Shown one piece after another: positions 55,554 to 64,000 of a stretch of DNA of 64,000 nucleotides (its first letter is position 1; each line of letters begins with the position of its first letter). Position numbers and translations under genes: made by a program. The notes under the pieces were generated by a model, which was not told the DNA's origin, ran no database searches, and saw only the letters and a list, made by a program, of their open reading frames with translations. Source of the DNA: Fibrobacteria bacterium (GTDB lineage: Bacteria; Fibrobacterota; Fibrobacteria; UBA11236); NCBI GenBank assembly GCA_035275285.1, contig DATENA010000271.1:53354-117353 (forward strand), read 5' to 3'.

Positions 55554-55582
55554 TTGCCAATAACTTAATGAAGGTATAAATT
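55554..55582 (+). promoter_or_regulatory. Candidate sigma70-type promoter (TTGCCA-17-TAAATT) abutting the der start; possibly a leaderless transcript
   Basis: TTGCCA at 55554-55559, a 17-nt spacer, TAAATT at 55577-55582. The der ATG is at 55590 with no SD in between, in an AT-rich patch within GC-rich DNA. Confidence 0.35.
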
Positions 55583-55589
55583 TTCCGCC

Positions 55590-57239
55590 ATGAATCTCGC
55601 AACCGTCGTTATCGTGGGCCGTCCCAACGTGGGCAAGTCCAGCTTTTTCAACCGCGTCCTGGGCAGAAGGGCGGCCGTCGTCGCCAATCGCGAAGGCGTG
55701 ACCCGCGATCGGCACTACCAAACCGCCGAATGGAACGGGGTGCATTTCCAGATCGTGGATACCGGCGGGTTCCTGTCCAAGGACCTGGATGCTCTCAACG
55801 CCTCCGTGCGGGATCAGATCCTGGTCGCCGTGGAAGAAGCCGATCTGGTCCTCTTCCTGGTGGACGGCCGCGTAGGCATCACGGAAATGGATCTGAATTT
55901 CGCCCGCCTGATCCAGAAGACCGGCCAACCCACCTTGCTGGTGGTGAACAAGGCCGAATCCCGTTCCGTGGCCCTGGAAGCCTCGCAATACTGGTCCCTG
56001 GGCCTGGGCGAACCGCTTCCCATCTCCGCCCTGCAGGGCGACAATGTGGCCGACCTGCTGGACGCGGTGGTGGAACGCCTGCCGAGCAAGCCCCGCCACG
56101 TGGCCAGGGAAGACAAGATCCGGGTCGCCATCCTGGGGCGTCCCAACGCGGGCAAGAGCACCATGGTGAACTCCTTGGTGGGGGAGGAGCGGGTCATCAC
56201 CTCGGAGATCGCCGGCACCACCCGGGACGCCATCGATACGGAGTTCGAATACCAGGGGCACAAGATCGTCCTCACCGATACCGCCGGCCTGCGCCGCAAG
56301 GCGCGGGTCAAGGACGAGGTGGAGTATTTCTCCAACATGCGGGCCCTGGAGGCGATACGGCGCAGCGACGTATGCGTGCTTCTGGTGGACGCCAAACGCG
56401 GCATGGAAATCCAGGACTTCCGCATTTGCACCATGATCCAGGAAATCGGCAAGGGCCTGATCATCGCGCTGAACAAATGGGACATCATGGAGCCGGACAG
56501 CAAGACCTTCGACCACGTGGTCAAGGAACTGCGCACCAAGAACCCCGATCTGGCGGAGTTCCCCTTTCTCTCCACTTCGGCGCTGACGGGCAAGAGGCTG
56601 GTCCGCGTCCTGGACGAGATCGTCAAGGTGAAGGCCAACCTGTCCAGGGTGCTGGGCCGCGACAACGTCATCAAGTTCTTCGAAGAAGCCATCGTAAAGC
56701 ATCCCCATCCCGCCACGTCCCTGGGTCCCGTCATCCTCACCCGCTGCTGCCAGGTGCTGGTCAATCCGCCCGCCCTGGCCTTCGAAGTGAGCCACCCGGA
56801 GCGGGTCACCACCAGCTATACCCGCTATCTGCGCCGCCAGGCCTACGATTTCTTCCAATTGGAAGGCGCGCCGCTCCGCATCTGGTTCCGGAGCCGCTTC
56901 AAGCTGCGCACCGATGAGGACCTGTTGTCCTGGATCCATTGGGGCGACGTGCCCGCCGAACTCAAGGAAGAATGGTTGGGCGAAGAGGGAGACCACGAGG
57001 AAGCGGACCTGGACGAGGGGGATGAATTGGAAGCCGAGGAAGCCGTGGCGGAAACCGGCGCATCCGTGAAAGCCGATGGCGATACCCCGGCCAAACCGGA
57101 TCCGAAGCCGCGGAGTCCGAAGGCGCAAGGTCCGAAAAAGCCGGAACCGGAAGCGGAGGCGGAAAAAAACGGGGACGACGACGAGGAGGATTTCTGGGAA
57201 GATGAGCTCCCCGAGAACGAAATCGGGGACGCCAGGTAA
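55590..57239 (+). CDS. der: Ribosome-biogenesis GTPase Der (EngA) with a roughly 100-aa acidic/Lys-Pro-rich C-terminal extension
   Basis: Two tandem GTPase domains (GRPNVGKSSFFN ... DTGG; GRPNAGKSTMVN ... DTAG) and a KH-like domain. The C-terminal tail EEGDHEEADLDEGDELEAEEA ... KPDPKPRSPKAQGPKKPEPEAEAEKNGDDDEEDFWEDEL is atypical. Confidence 0.9.
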   Translation: MNLATVVIVGRPNVGKSSFFNRVLGRRAAVVANREGVTRDRHYQTAEWNGVHFQIVDTGGFLSKDLDALNASVRDQILVAVEEADLVLFLVDGRVGITEMDLNFARLIQKTGQPTLLVVNKAESRSVALEASQYWSLGLGEPLPISALQGDNVADLLDAVVERLPSKPRHVAREDKIRVAILGRPNAGKSTMVNSLVGEERVITSEIAGTTRDAIDTEFEYQGHKIVLTDTAGLRRKARVKDEVEYFSNMRALEAIRRSDVCVLLVDAKRGMEIQDFRICTMIQEIGKGLIIALNKWDIMEPDSKTFDHVVKELRTKNPDLAEFPFLSTSALTGKRLVRVLDEIVKVKANLSRVLGRDNVIKFFEEAIVKHPHPATSLGPVILTRCCQVLVNPPALAFEVSHPERVTTSYTRYLRRQAYDFFQLEGAPLRIWFRSRFKLRTDEDLLSWIHWGDVPAELKEEWLGEEGDHEEADLDEGDELEAEEAVAETGASVKADGDTPAKPDPKPRSPKAQGPKKPEPEAEAEKNGDDDEEDFWEDELPENEIGDAR

Positions 57240-57865
57240 TGGACGGGATGCCGGGGTTCCGGATAGGCGCGGCCTTGGCGGCGGCCTATTTCCTGGGTTC
57301 GCTGCCTTTCGCGGCCTGGGTCGCCCGCCTGCACGGAGTGGACATCACCAAGGTGGGCAGCGGCAATCCCGGCATGACGAACGTCTGGCGCACCCTGGGC
57401 TGGAAACCCGCCCTGCCCGTGGCCCTGCTCGATGCGGGCAAAGGCTATCTGGCCGCCTGGCTGGCCATGTACCTCACCGGTTCCCTGAACTGGGCCCTGG
57501 CTGCGGGCCTGGTCGCCGTCCTGGGCCATTCCTTCACTTGTTTCGCCGCCTTCAAGGGCGGCAAGGGCGTGCTCACCGGGTTCGGCGTGTTCCTGTACTT
57601 CACGCCCCTGAGCGCTTTGGCGGGGCTGGCCGCCTGGGCCGCCGTGGTGGCCAAGACCCGTTACGTGAGCTTGGGATCGATCATCGCCTCCGTGGTGATG
57701 CCCATGGGGATCTTCCTGGAAGCCCTTTACCGCCGCAATGGCGAATTGTATCCCGCATTGACGGTGGCCATCCTCGTGGGAGTCTTCGTACTTTACCGTC
57801 ACCGCGCCAACATCGCCCGGCTGACGCAAGGGACCGAAAACAAGATAGGGAGCAAGGCCGGATGA
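57239..57865 (+). CDS. plsY: Glycerol-3-phosphate acyltransferase PlsY
   Basis: [12 protein letters not shown] signature, [15 protein letters not shown], and 5 TM helices. The der-plsY arrangement is common. Confidence 0.9.
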   Translation: MDGMPGFRIGAALAAAYFLGSLPFAAWVARLHGVDITKVGSGNPGMTNVWRTLGWKPALPVALLDAGKGYLAAWLAMYLTGSLNWALAAGLVAVLGHSFTCFAAFKGGKGVLTGFGVFLYFTPLSALAGLAAWAAVVAKTRYVSLGSIIASVVMPMGIFLEALYRRNGELYPALTVAILVGVFVLYRHRANIARLTQGTENKIGSKAG

Positions 57866-58347
57866 CCAAAGCGAACTTGAAAAGGCTCGAAGAAGGCAAG
57901 CTTTACTACTCCATTTCCGAAGTCTGCTCCATGACCGGATTGGAACAGCACGTGCTCCGCTATTGGGAATCCGAGTTCCCCCAATTGCGGCCCAAGAAGA
58001 ACCGCTCCGGGAACCGCGCGTACCGCGCGAAGGAGATCAAGATCATCCGCTACATCAAATACCTCCTGTACGAGGAGATGTACACCATTCCCGGCGCCAA
58101 GAAGAAAATGGCCGACGCCGACATGTCGGACCTGGACGGGCAATTGACCTTGCTGCGCGTTCCGCCCACGCCGCAACCGGTCCCGGCCCCGCAGGCGGTT
58201 TCCGGGCCCGCTCCCGCCCCGGAAGATTCCGCGCCCGTCAATGGGCGCGCCGCCGCGGACAGGCTGAGGGAGGAATTGAAGCGCGTCAAGCAGGAGTTGC
58301 AATCCCTGCTCACGGCCCTGGCGACGTCGGGGAGGGAATCCCCCTGA
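57862..58347 (+). CDS. MerR-family transcriptional regulator
   Basis: N-terminal HTH (YYSISEVCSMTGLEQHVLRYWESEF) and a C-terminal coiled coil. The start overlaps the plsY stop in an ATGA. Confidence 0.7.
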   Translation: MTKANLKRLEEGKLYYSISEVCSMTGLEQHVLRYWESEFPQLRPKKNRSGNRAYRAKEIKIIRYIKYLLYEEMYTIPGAKKKMADADMSDLDGQLTLLRVPPTPQPVPAPQAVSGPAPAPEDSAPVNGRAAADRLREELKRVKQELQSLLTALATSGRESP

Positions 58348-59705
58348 ACCTGCTTCCCGCTTCGCACCTGGTATCCACCCATATCCAGGGTCTGGGCTAC
58401 GCCCTGTTCCACGTCCGCGACAACCGGCTCGAATTCCGCCGCCGTTCCGCGGATGAATTCGCCGTGGACGGCGCCTGGATCAACAAGACCGGCCTGGTCG
58501 CGGAAGGCCTGGCCCGCAAACCTTACATCCATCTCGACATCCGCACGCCTTTCGGCGAAACCGTGGGCGAGAGCCAGGTGCAGGAAGCCCTGGCGGAAAG
58601 CCTTGGCCCGCGCAAGGACAAATACCGCCTCGGGGGCTGGCACATCCAGTTCGTCGAAGACACCAATCTGGGCTCCAACCATCGCGTCTTCGCGGATTTG
58701 ATCGAGACCACCGCCTCCTCCGGGGGGCTTGCGGGCATGGACGCGGGCCTGTCCCTGGAACTGGCCATCGAAGCCTTGGGCGAGCTGGTCGCGGCGGAGA
58801 AGGGCGAGCAGAACTTCCAGCTTCTCTACGGGGGGGCGCAATTCTGCTACTCCCTGCTCTACCTCAACGGGTCGCCGTTCCACGTCCTGCGCGTGGACGA
58901 AGGCGCCGGAGACAAGGCCGCCGCGCGCCTGCGCCGGCACCGGGAATTCGCCCCCGGGAACCGGGATTCGGCCCAGACCAACGGCCGTTCAGGCCTGAAG
59001 ACTTTCCTTCCGGAAGGCGATCCGCTCCGGGAAACGGCCACGGTCCGGGATCTGCGCCCTGACGCGATCGGATTGGGGGCCGCGGACGGCTCCGCCGAAA
59101 CCGGCAATGCCTGGCCGCTGCATCTGGGCCTGGCCCATGCGGCGCGGCAAAGGGATTTCTCCCCGCACAACCGCGTCGCCGCGGACGCCCGGCGGCGCAA
59201 CGAAGGGATCCGCACCCGTTTCCGGTTCTTCCTGGCGATGGGGGCCGCCGCCGTCCTATGCGCCCTGGCCGCGGCCGTTTTCGCCATCGCCATCCACCGT
59301 TCCCAATCCGAGTTGCGCACCCTGAAAGAGAAGGCTTCGGCCTACCAGGCCCAGGTGGATTCCATCCGCGCCTTGCGCAAGGAACGGGCCCGCCTCGAAG
59401 CCGCCGTCGGGGATCTCCAGCCCTTGTGGCATGGAGCCATGGACTGGAATTCCGTGCTGGGATCCATCGCTTCCGCCTTGCCCAAAGAGGCGGGCATGGA
59501 CGGCTTGTCCGTTTCCCGGCAGGCGGACGGCAGCCTGGAGCTTTCCTTCCGCGCCTGGGTGCGGGATTGGAACCAGGTGCAGGGGATCCAGAAAAAGCTT
59601 TCCGCCTCGCGCCGGTTTTCCGGCGTCACGCTTTCGGAACAGCGCAAAGACATGCAGACCGGGGTCGTCGTCTTCCACGTCACCGGCAAGTTGGGGAGGG
59701 ACTGA
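58344..59705 (+). CDS. GspL-like / PilM-PilN fusion-like assembly protein (cytoplasmic domain, single TM helix, periplasmic coiled coil); start codon unresolved
   Basis: A roughly 290-aa cytoplasmic domain, one TM helix (FFLAMGAAAVLCALAAAVFAIAI), then a PilN/GspL-like periplasmic coiled coil (LRTLKEKASAYQAQVDSIRALRKERARLEAA). The frame is open from upstream of the merR stop, but there is no in-frame ATG/GTG/TTG before 58480; the first GTG falls at FAVDG. Confidence 0.5.
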   Translation: MNLLPASHLVSTHIQGLGYALFHVRDNRLEFRRRSADEFAVDGAWINKTGLVAEGLARKPYIHLDIRTPFGETVGESQVQEALAESLGPRKDKYRLGGWHIQFVEDTNLGSNHRVFADLIETTASSGGLAGMDAGLSLELAIEALGELVAAEKGEQNFQLLYGGAQFCYSLLYLNGSPFHVLRVDEGAGDKAAARLRRHREFAPGNRDSAQTNGRSGLKTFLPEGDPLRETATVRDLRPDAIGLGAADGSAETGNAWPLHLGLAHAARQRDFSPHNRVAADARRRNEGIRTRFRFFLAMGAAAVLCALAAAVFAIAIHRSQSELRTLKEKASAYQAQVDSIRALRKERARLEAAVGDLQPLWHGAMDWNSVLGSIASALPKEAGMDGLSVSRQADGSLELSFRAWVRDWNQVQGIQKKLSASRRFSGVTLSEQRKDMQTGVVVFHVTGKLGRD

Positions 59706-60271
59706 TGGAACACGGCCTGCCCACCCGCATCTGGGAGGATCGCTGGCGCATCCTCGCCTGGGTGCTTCCGGCCTGCCTGCTGGTGCTGTTCGCGGACCGG
59801 GTGGCCTTGCCCTTGGCGGTGCGGCTCCGGGACTCCCGCTCCCAACTGGCTTCGTTGCGGGAAAACACCTATGAGCCTGCCTGGCTCGACTCGACGCGGG
59901 ACGCGCTGCGGAAGGACGTGGAGGCTCTGCGGGCCTTCCAGGTTTCCCGCGAAGGCGCCCTCAACCGGGACAGCAGCATCCAGGCCACCGTGGACCGCGT
60001 GCGACGCCTGGCCCAGGGTTCCGGAATGGAAGTGGTGAAGACCACGCCCATCCTGGCCAAAGCCGATTCCCTCCGGTTGCTCAAGGTCCGGATCGAAGGA
60101 TTCTCCCGCTATGCGGGCCTGATGGAGCTTTTCCGCGTCCTCAAGGACGGCCATCCCGATCTCTTTCCCGAGGAAATGCTGATCCGCCAGGGCGGCGATC
60201 GCGCCGACGGACGGCTGGAAGGGCAATTGGTCATCCACGTCTACGATCGCAGGAAGGACGGCGCCCCATGA
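59704..60271 (+). CDS. GspM / PilO-like inner-membrane pilus or secretion assembly protein
   Basis: ATGA overlap with the upstream stop. N-terminal TM helix (WRILAWVLPACLLVLFA) and a periplasmic domain with an N-terminal coiled coil. 189 aa. Confidence 0.55.
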
Positions 60272-60729
60272 AGGAAAGGCTCTGGGATTGGTGGCCGGCC
60301 TTGCCGGCCTGCCTGATCCTCTACCTGGGCGGGGCTTCTTTCCTGGAGAAATATCCCCAGGCCACCGAGCGCCGCGCGGATCGCTTCGCCGGCGCGGGCG
60401 GCCCCGATTCCCTGCTGGCCTTCGTCCGCAAGGGAACCGATCCGGCCGCGTCCCGTGATTCCGCCGCCGCGGACAATCCCTTCCGGCCCATCCGGGCGCC
60501 CCTGTCCGAGTCCCGGGGCCAGGCCGTCAAGGCCGAACCCCCGCCCAGGCGTTACGTGCTGAAAGGCACCGTCGGGACCAACGTGGCCACCATCGCCAAC
60601 AATTCCGGATTGAAGCAGATCGTAAAGGTAGGGGACAGCATCGATTCCGCCGAAGTGGTCTCCATCGAGACCAACAAGGTCGTTCTCAGGGATCGCGGCG
60701 GCAAGTTCGAACTCATTTTCCAGAAGTGA
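60268..60729 (+). CDS. PilP / GspC-like periplasmic protein
   Basis: N-terminal TM helix and a C-terminal beta domain (RYVLKGTVGTNVATIANNSGLKQIVKVGDSIDSAEVVSIETNKVVLRDRGGKFELIF), matching the PilP/GspC HR-domain pattern. ATGA overlap. Confidence 0.55.
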   Translation: MKERLWDWWPALPACLILYLGGASFLEKYPQATERRADRFAGAGGPDSLLAFVRKGTDPAASRDSAAADNPFRPIRAPLSESRGQAVKAEPPPRRYVLKGTVGTNVATIANNSGLKQIVKVGDSIDSAEVVSIETNKVVLRDRGGKFELIFQK

Positions 60730-62126
60730 TGGGACGGATGCGGGTGCGCGCGCGGGGGGAAAGGGGCGCGGCCCTGCTCACCGTGCTCACCGTATTGGCG
60801 GTTCTCGGCATCGCCGTTTCCATCCTCATCGATCGCACCCGGGGCGACATCAAGCCCTGGGCCCGGGAAATGGAGACCACCCAGGCGGTGTACGCGGCCG
60901 AATCCGGCATCGCCTTCCAATTGTACCTGGAGCGCTTCTCCGATTCCGCGGAACCGTCGTTCGGAAGCAAGGCGGCGGATAGCGGGGCGGATCCGTTCCT
61001 GCGCCCCGCCGCTCCCACGGACACCTTCGCATACCGCCTGGACACCTCCCTGGGAGTGCCGGAAGTCCGGGTGGACCGCACGCACGCCTTCCTGGACATC
61101 ACGTCCAAGGCCGTGTACCGCGGCACGGAAGCCATCGTCTTCGCCCGTTTCGGCAAAGCGCTGGACGACAGCATTTTCGGCCCGGCCCTGACCATGGAGA
61201 ACAACGAACCCCTGGAGCCTTTCCCGCCCGATCGCATATTCGGCGCCGTCAGGTTGAGGACCCCTTCCGAAAACATCCCCAGCGTTCCCTGGCCCCAAGG
61301 GTTTTCCATGGCCGCCTACACGGCCGAATTCACGGACAAGAAATACTACGCCCTGGAATCCCTGCTGCAGAAGAAGCTGGGGGAACAGGGAGGGCAGAGC
61401 GGCAACGGCAACTATTCGCCTTCCGACCCTCCGGACTTCCGGAAATCGGAAGACATCTTCTTCCCCCTGGGCAGCGCGGAACTGATCAACGATGGCGACC
61501 GGCCCTGGGTCATCAAAGGGCCCGGCCGCATCTTCTGCGAAGGGGCGATCCGCGTCAAGGGACTGATCCGCCTGGAAAACGTCCAGCTCCTCTCCGCCAA
61601 GGAAATCACCTTCGAGGACAGCGTCACCGGGGACGGGATTTCCGTCTTCGCGCGCAAAAGCGTCTTCATCAACGACCGTTGCAAACTGGGCATCGAGGCG
61701 TTGGCGGGCAAGGATATCATTCTCCGGGACAAGGCCCAGACCACCCTGGGTTCGGTGCTCCTGTCCGTGGGAGGCAAGAACGCGGCCAAGGGGCCGGACT
61801 CCCTGAACGCCATCCGCATCGTAAACCAGGCGGTGGCGCGGGGATTCCTGATCGCCGGGGGCGCGAACGGGCGCATCGCCCTGGCCACGCCGGAGAACGT
61901 GGTGGAAGGGGTGGTCATGGCCGCTTCGGTCTGGCTGGCCGGGGAAGTGCGGGGTCCGGTCCTGACCGGCAAGCTCCTGTGCGAAGGCACCAATACCCAT
62001 AATTGCCTGGGCACGGGGAAAATCGATCGCAGCCGCCTCCCCGCCAATTTCGTGCAGCCCCTGCAGCTGGGTTCGCAGGACCGCCGCCAGTACACTTTCA
62101 AGCTGCTGGAATGGAAGCGGTCATGA
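60726..62126 (+). CDS. GspK-like minor pseudopilin (large)
   Basis: N-terminus RGERGAALLTVLTVLAVLGIAVSILI resembles the GspK pseudopilin-like helix (GxALLxVLxxxALL). 466 aa with a large periplasmic body. GTG/ATG start overlaps the upstream stop. Confidence 0.5.
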   Translation: MMGRMRVRARGERGAALLTVLTVLAVLGIAVSILIDRTRGDIKPWAREMETTQAVYAAESGIAFQLYLERFSDSAEPSFGSKAADSGADPFLRPAAPTDTFAYRLDTSLGVPEVRVDRTHAFLDITSKAVYRGTEAIVFARFGKALDDSIFGPALTMENNEPLEPFPPDRIFGAVRLRTPSENIPSVPWPQGFSMAAYTAEFTDKKYYALESLLQKKLGEQGGQSGNGNYSPSDPPDFRKSEDIFFPLGSAELINDGDRPWVIKGPGRIFCEGAIRVKGLIRLENVQLLSAKEITFEDSVTGDGISVFARKSVFINDRCKLGIEALAGKDIILRDKAQTTLGSVLLSVGGKNAAKGPDSLNAIRIVNQAVARGFLIAGGANGRIALATPENVVEGVVMAASVWLAGEVRGPVLTGKLLCEGTNTHNCLGTGKIDRSRLPANFVQPLQLGSQDRRQYTFKLLEWKRS

Positions 62127-62722
62127 GCGCTTCGCGAATGACCGCCGCGTTCCTGAGCGCCTCGCGAATGACCGCCTCGGTCACGGCGCCTGCGGGCCTT
62201 AGGCGCGAACGGGGCTTCACGGTGGTGGAAATCGTCATGGCCCTGACCGTCCTGTCCGCCGGATCCGCCGTCCTCTGGTACGGCTTGCGCTCCTCGGCGA
62301 AAATGGACCGGCTGAACCGGTTGCACCATGCCGCCGCCCTGGTGGCGCGTTCGGACCTGGAGTCCCTCCGCAGCGTTCCCAAGGAAGACATCCACGACAC
62401 CCTGTACCTGTCCTCCGGAGGCAGCGGGGAATCCCTGCTGGTGGTGCGCCGCGTGATGGACAGCGCCCGCATCGTGAACACCCTGGAAGAGGTGGTGCTG
62501 GACGACAAGCTGGCTCCCAAGGAGGCTAAAAAGCCCCTGGAAGTGCGGGTGAAGGTCTATCGCCTCCCATTGCGCGAAGAGGGCGAGGCCCCGGACCCGT
62601 CCATGCTCAGGGATCCGGAGGACGATCGGGACGAAGCGCCCCCGGACGAGGACGGAGGGGACGGAAAGCCGCGCAACCTGGCCACTTTCGTCCTCAAGCT
62701 CCCGGAGTACAAATGGTACTGA
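62123..62722 (+). CDS. Pseudopilin with a type IV prepilin-like N-terminus
   Basis: GFTVVEIVMALTVLSAGSAVL follows a short basic leader (class III signal). The 5' end has a 30-nt tandem duplication (SASRMTAAFL / SASRMTASVT). ATGA overlap. Confidence 0.6.
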   Translation: MSASRMTAAFLSASRMTASVTAPAGLRRERGFTVVEIVMALTVLSAGSAVLWYGLRSSAKMDRLNRLHHAAALVARSDLESLRSVPKEDIHDTLYLSSGGSGESLLVVRRVMDSARIVNTLEEVVLDDKLAPKEAKKPLEVRVKVYRLPLREEGEAPDPSMLRDPEDDRDEAPPDEDGGDGKPRNLATFVLKLPEYKWY

Positions 62723-63390
62723 AACGGGGGAGGCGCGCCCCCCGCGCACGCGGCCCCGGGGGTAGCCCGGGTGTTACCTTGATCGAACTCTTGATCGCCA
62801 TCTCCCTGTCCGCCATGATCGTCGGCATGGCCATGGCCCTGTTCAAGGACGCGGGGACCGCCGCGCGGCTGGGGCGGAACCGCCGCGACGCCGCCTTCCA
62901 GGCCCAGGCCATGTTCGTCTCCCTGAGCAACAACCTCATGGCCGGGCGCGGCATCTTGCGCCTGGGACCCGGGCGCCTGGACGTCCTGAACGCGCGCAAC
63001 CGCAGGGTGGAATATGCCTGGGAGGACTCCACTTTGACCGTGAACGGCAAGCCCTGGAATTTCCGTCTGGCTTCCCTGGCGGTGGAACCGGAGGGTCCCA
63101 TGCGGCCAGATTGGAAGGGGTTTGCCGGAGAGTCGCCCTGGGACCTGGACAGCCTGGACGGAAACCGGGACGGCGCCATCGATTTCGAGGAACTGGACCG
63201 GGACCGCAGCGGCCAATTGGAACCGGAGGAGTGCCGTTTCATCGCCCGCATCCGGATCACCCTGATCACGGTGAATCGAGGCGTCACGGCGACGCAGACC
63301 TGCGTGGTCCACCCTCGCAACCGCGTTCCCGCGGCGGCCGGAGAAGAGGCCGAAGAGGTCCTGGAGTCCGGAGGGATTCCCGAACCCTAG
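62713..63390 (+). CDS. Pseudopilin with paired EF-hand-like calcium-binding loops
   Basis: Prepilin motif PGVTLIELLIAISLSAMIVGMA. The C-terminal region has two consecutive 12-residue loops, DGNRDGAIDFEE and DRDRSGQLEPEE, both matching the DxNxDGxIxxxE EF-hand/dockerin-like consensus. Confidence 0.6.
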   Translation: MVLKRGRRAPRARGPGGSPGVTLIELLIAISLSAMIVGMAMALFKDAGTAARLGRNRRDAAFQAQAMFVSLSNNLMAGRGILRLGPGRLDVLNARNRRVEYAWEDSTLTVNGKPWNFRLASLAVEPEGPMRPDWKGFAGESPWDLDSLDGNRDGAIDFEELDRDRSGQLEPEECRFIARIRITLITVNRGVTATQTCVVHPRNRVPAAAGEEAEEVLESGGIPEP

Positions 63391-63549
63391 CGCCGTCCCG
63401 CCGTTTCCCGGCGTAACCATCGGCTGAACCCTGCCTTGAAATGCCCGGAACGGGGTTCATCTGTCCGATTTTTGTTATTTTCCGGGGGCTTTCAAAGTCC
63501 GGCCTGCGCCCCGCGTTCTCCGATGCGCTGCGACCCTGGAAGGAAAGGA

Positions 63550-64000
63550 TTGTCCGCATTGGATGAATTGGCTCTCAACCCGGCCTTGCTCGACGAAGTG
63601 GGACGGGATATCTGCATCCGCTGCCGGACCTATCCCGTGGCGTCCGCCGGCAACGTATTGTTCTTCGCGGCCCAGAACGTGAACGATGAGCTGCTGCGGG
63701 AAGCGCTGCAATTGCGCTCCGGCAAGGACGTGGAATTCCGCAAAGCGGACGGCCCGACCCTGGAATACCAGATCAAACGGATCAGCGGCAAGGCGGGGGC
63801 CCTGGAAGAAGGCGGCATCCTCTCGGATCTGATCAAATCCGAGGTGTCCATCCAGGAAGGTTCCTCCCTGGAGGAAATCAAGAAGAAGAGCCAGAGCGAA
63901 CCCGTCATCAAGCTGGTCAACAACCTGGTGAACCAGGCCATCCTGGAAATCGCCACGGACATCCATATCGAACCGGGCGAGAACCTGGTGAAGGTCCGCT
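63550..64000 (+). CDS. Type II secretion / type IV pilus assembly ATPase (GspE/PilB family), N-terminal part; 3' end outside the window
   Basis: TTG at 63550 (or 63559), with GGAAGGAAAGGA immediately upstream. The translation contains EPVIKLVNNLVNQAILEIATDIHIEPGENLVKVR, the conserved T2SSE N-domain block (PVVKLVN...A...ASDIHIEP). The frame is open to the window end. Confidence 0.7.
   Translation, partial: MSALDELALNPALLDEVGRDICIRCRTYPVASAGNVLFFAAQNVNDELLREALQLRSGKDVEFRKADGPTLEYQIKRISGKAGALEEGGILSDLIKSEVSIQEGSSLEEIKKKSQSEPVIKLVNNLVNQAILEIATDIHIEPGENLVKVR

Overview
This is a 64 kb window of high-GC (roughly 65-70% by eye) bacterial chromosome, densely packed with genes on both strands. Many adjacent genes share 4-nt ATGA or GTGA stop/start overlaps, suggesting translational coupling. 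Several ORF-track entries use alternative start codons, and the high GC produces many long spurious antisense ORFs, which I ignored.

Most of the window is housekeeping and cell-envelope functions:
- DNA/RNA: ligA, miaA, trmFO, tadA, greA, tatD, tRNA-Gly(GCC) and tRNA-Phe(GAA).
- Metabolism: cysK/M, purH, purC, nadD, ubiE/menG, ubiX, a UbiA-family prenyltransferase, def, der, plsY.
- Envelope: bamD, cpoB/ybgF, two LptF/LptG permeases coupled to a GAF-GGDEF cyclase, sppA, secreted TldD/TldE-like peptidases, an M64 peptidase, and MpaA-like and YcjG-like murein-peptide enzymes.

Features that stand out:
1. A compact five-gene soluble diiron monooxygenase operon in toluene-4-monooxygenase order (alpha, TmoB-like, Rieske ferredoxin, effector, beta). 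It has no reductase gene, sits directly after a hybrid sensor histidine kinase, and overlaps a PAS/HisKA_2 sensor kinase at its 3' end.
2. Two copies of a low-GC inverted-repeat element built from a CAAAGTGCAAAAGT core (about 15250-15375 and 26368-26499). Both lie between co-directional genes.
3. A pair of tandem 13-15 bp-stem hairpins (27376-27475) in the 630-bp leader region upstream of the kinase/monooxygenase locus.
4. A 45%-GC islet encoding an 83-aa ACP-like protein that lacks the phosphopantetheine-attachment serine (44889-45140).
5. A type II secretion / type IV pilus-like module at the 3' end: a GspL-like fusion with no canonical start codon, GspM/PilO-like, PilP/GspC-like, GspK-like, two pseudopilins (one with paired EF-hand-like Ca loops), and a GspE/PilB ATPase that runs off the window.
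6. A 31-bp-stem hairpin between convergent genes (53184-53285).
7. Two decayed gene remnants: an HA-domain fragment at 826-1554 and a GNAT fragment at 27030-27219.

A TIGR02147-like (Fibrobacter paralogous family) protein at 49625-50464 is a weak hint of taxonomy only. No CRISPR array, rRNA gene or obvious transposase was seen.
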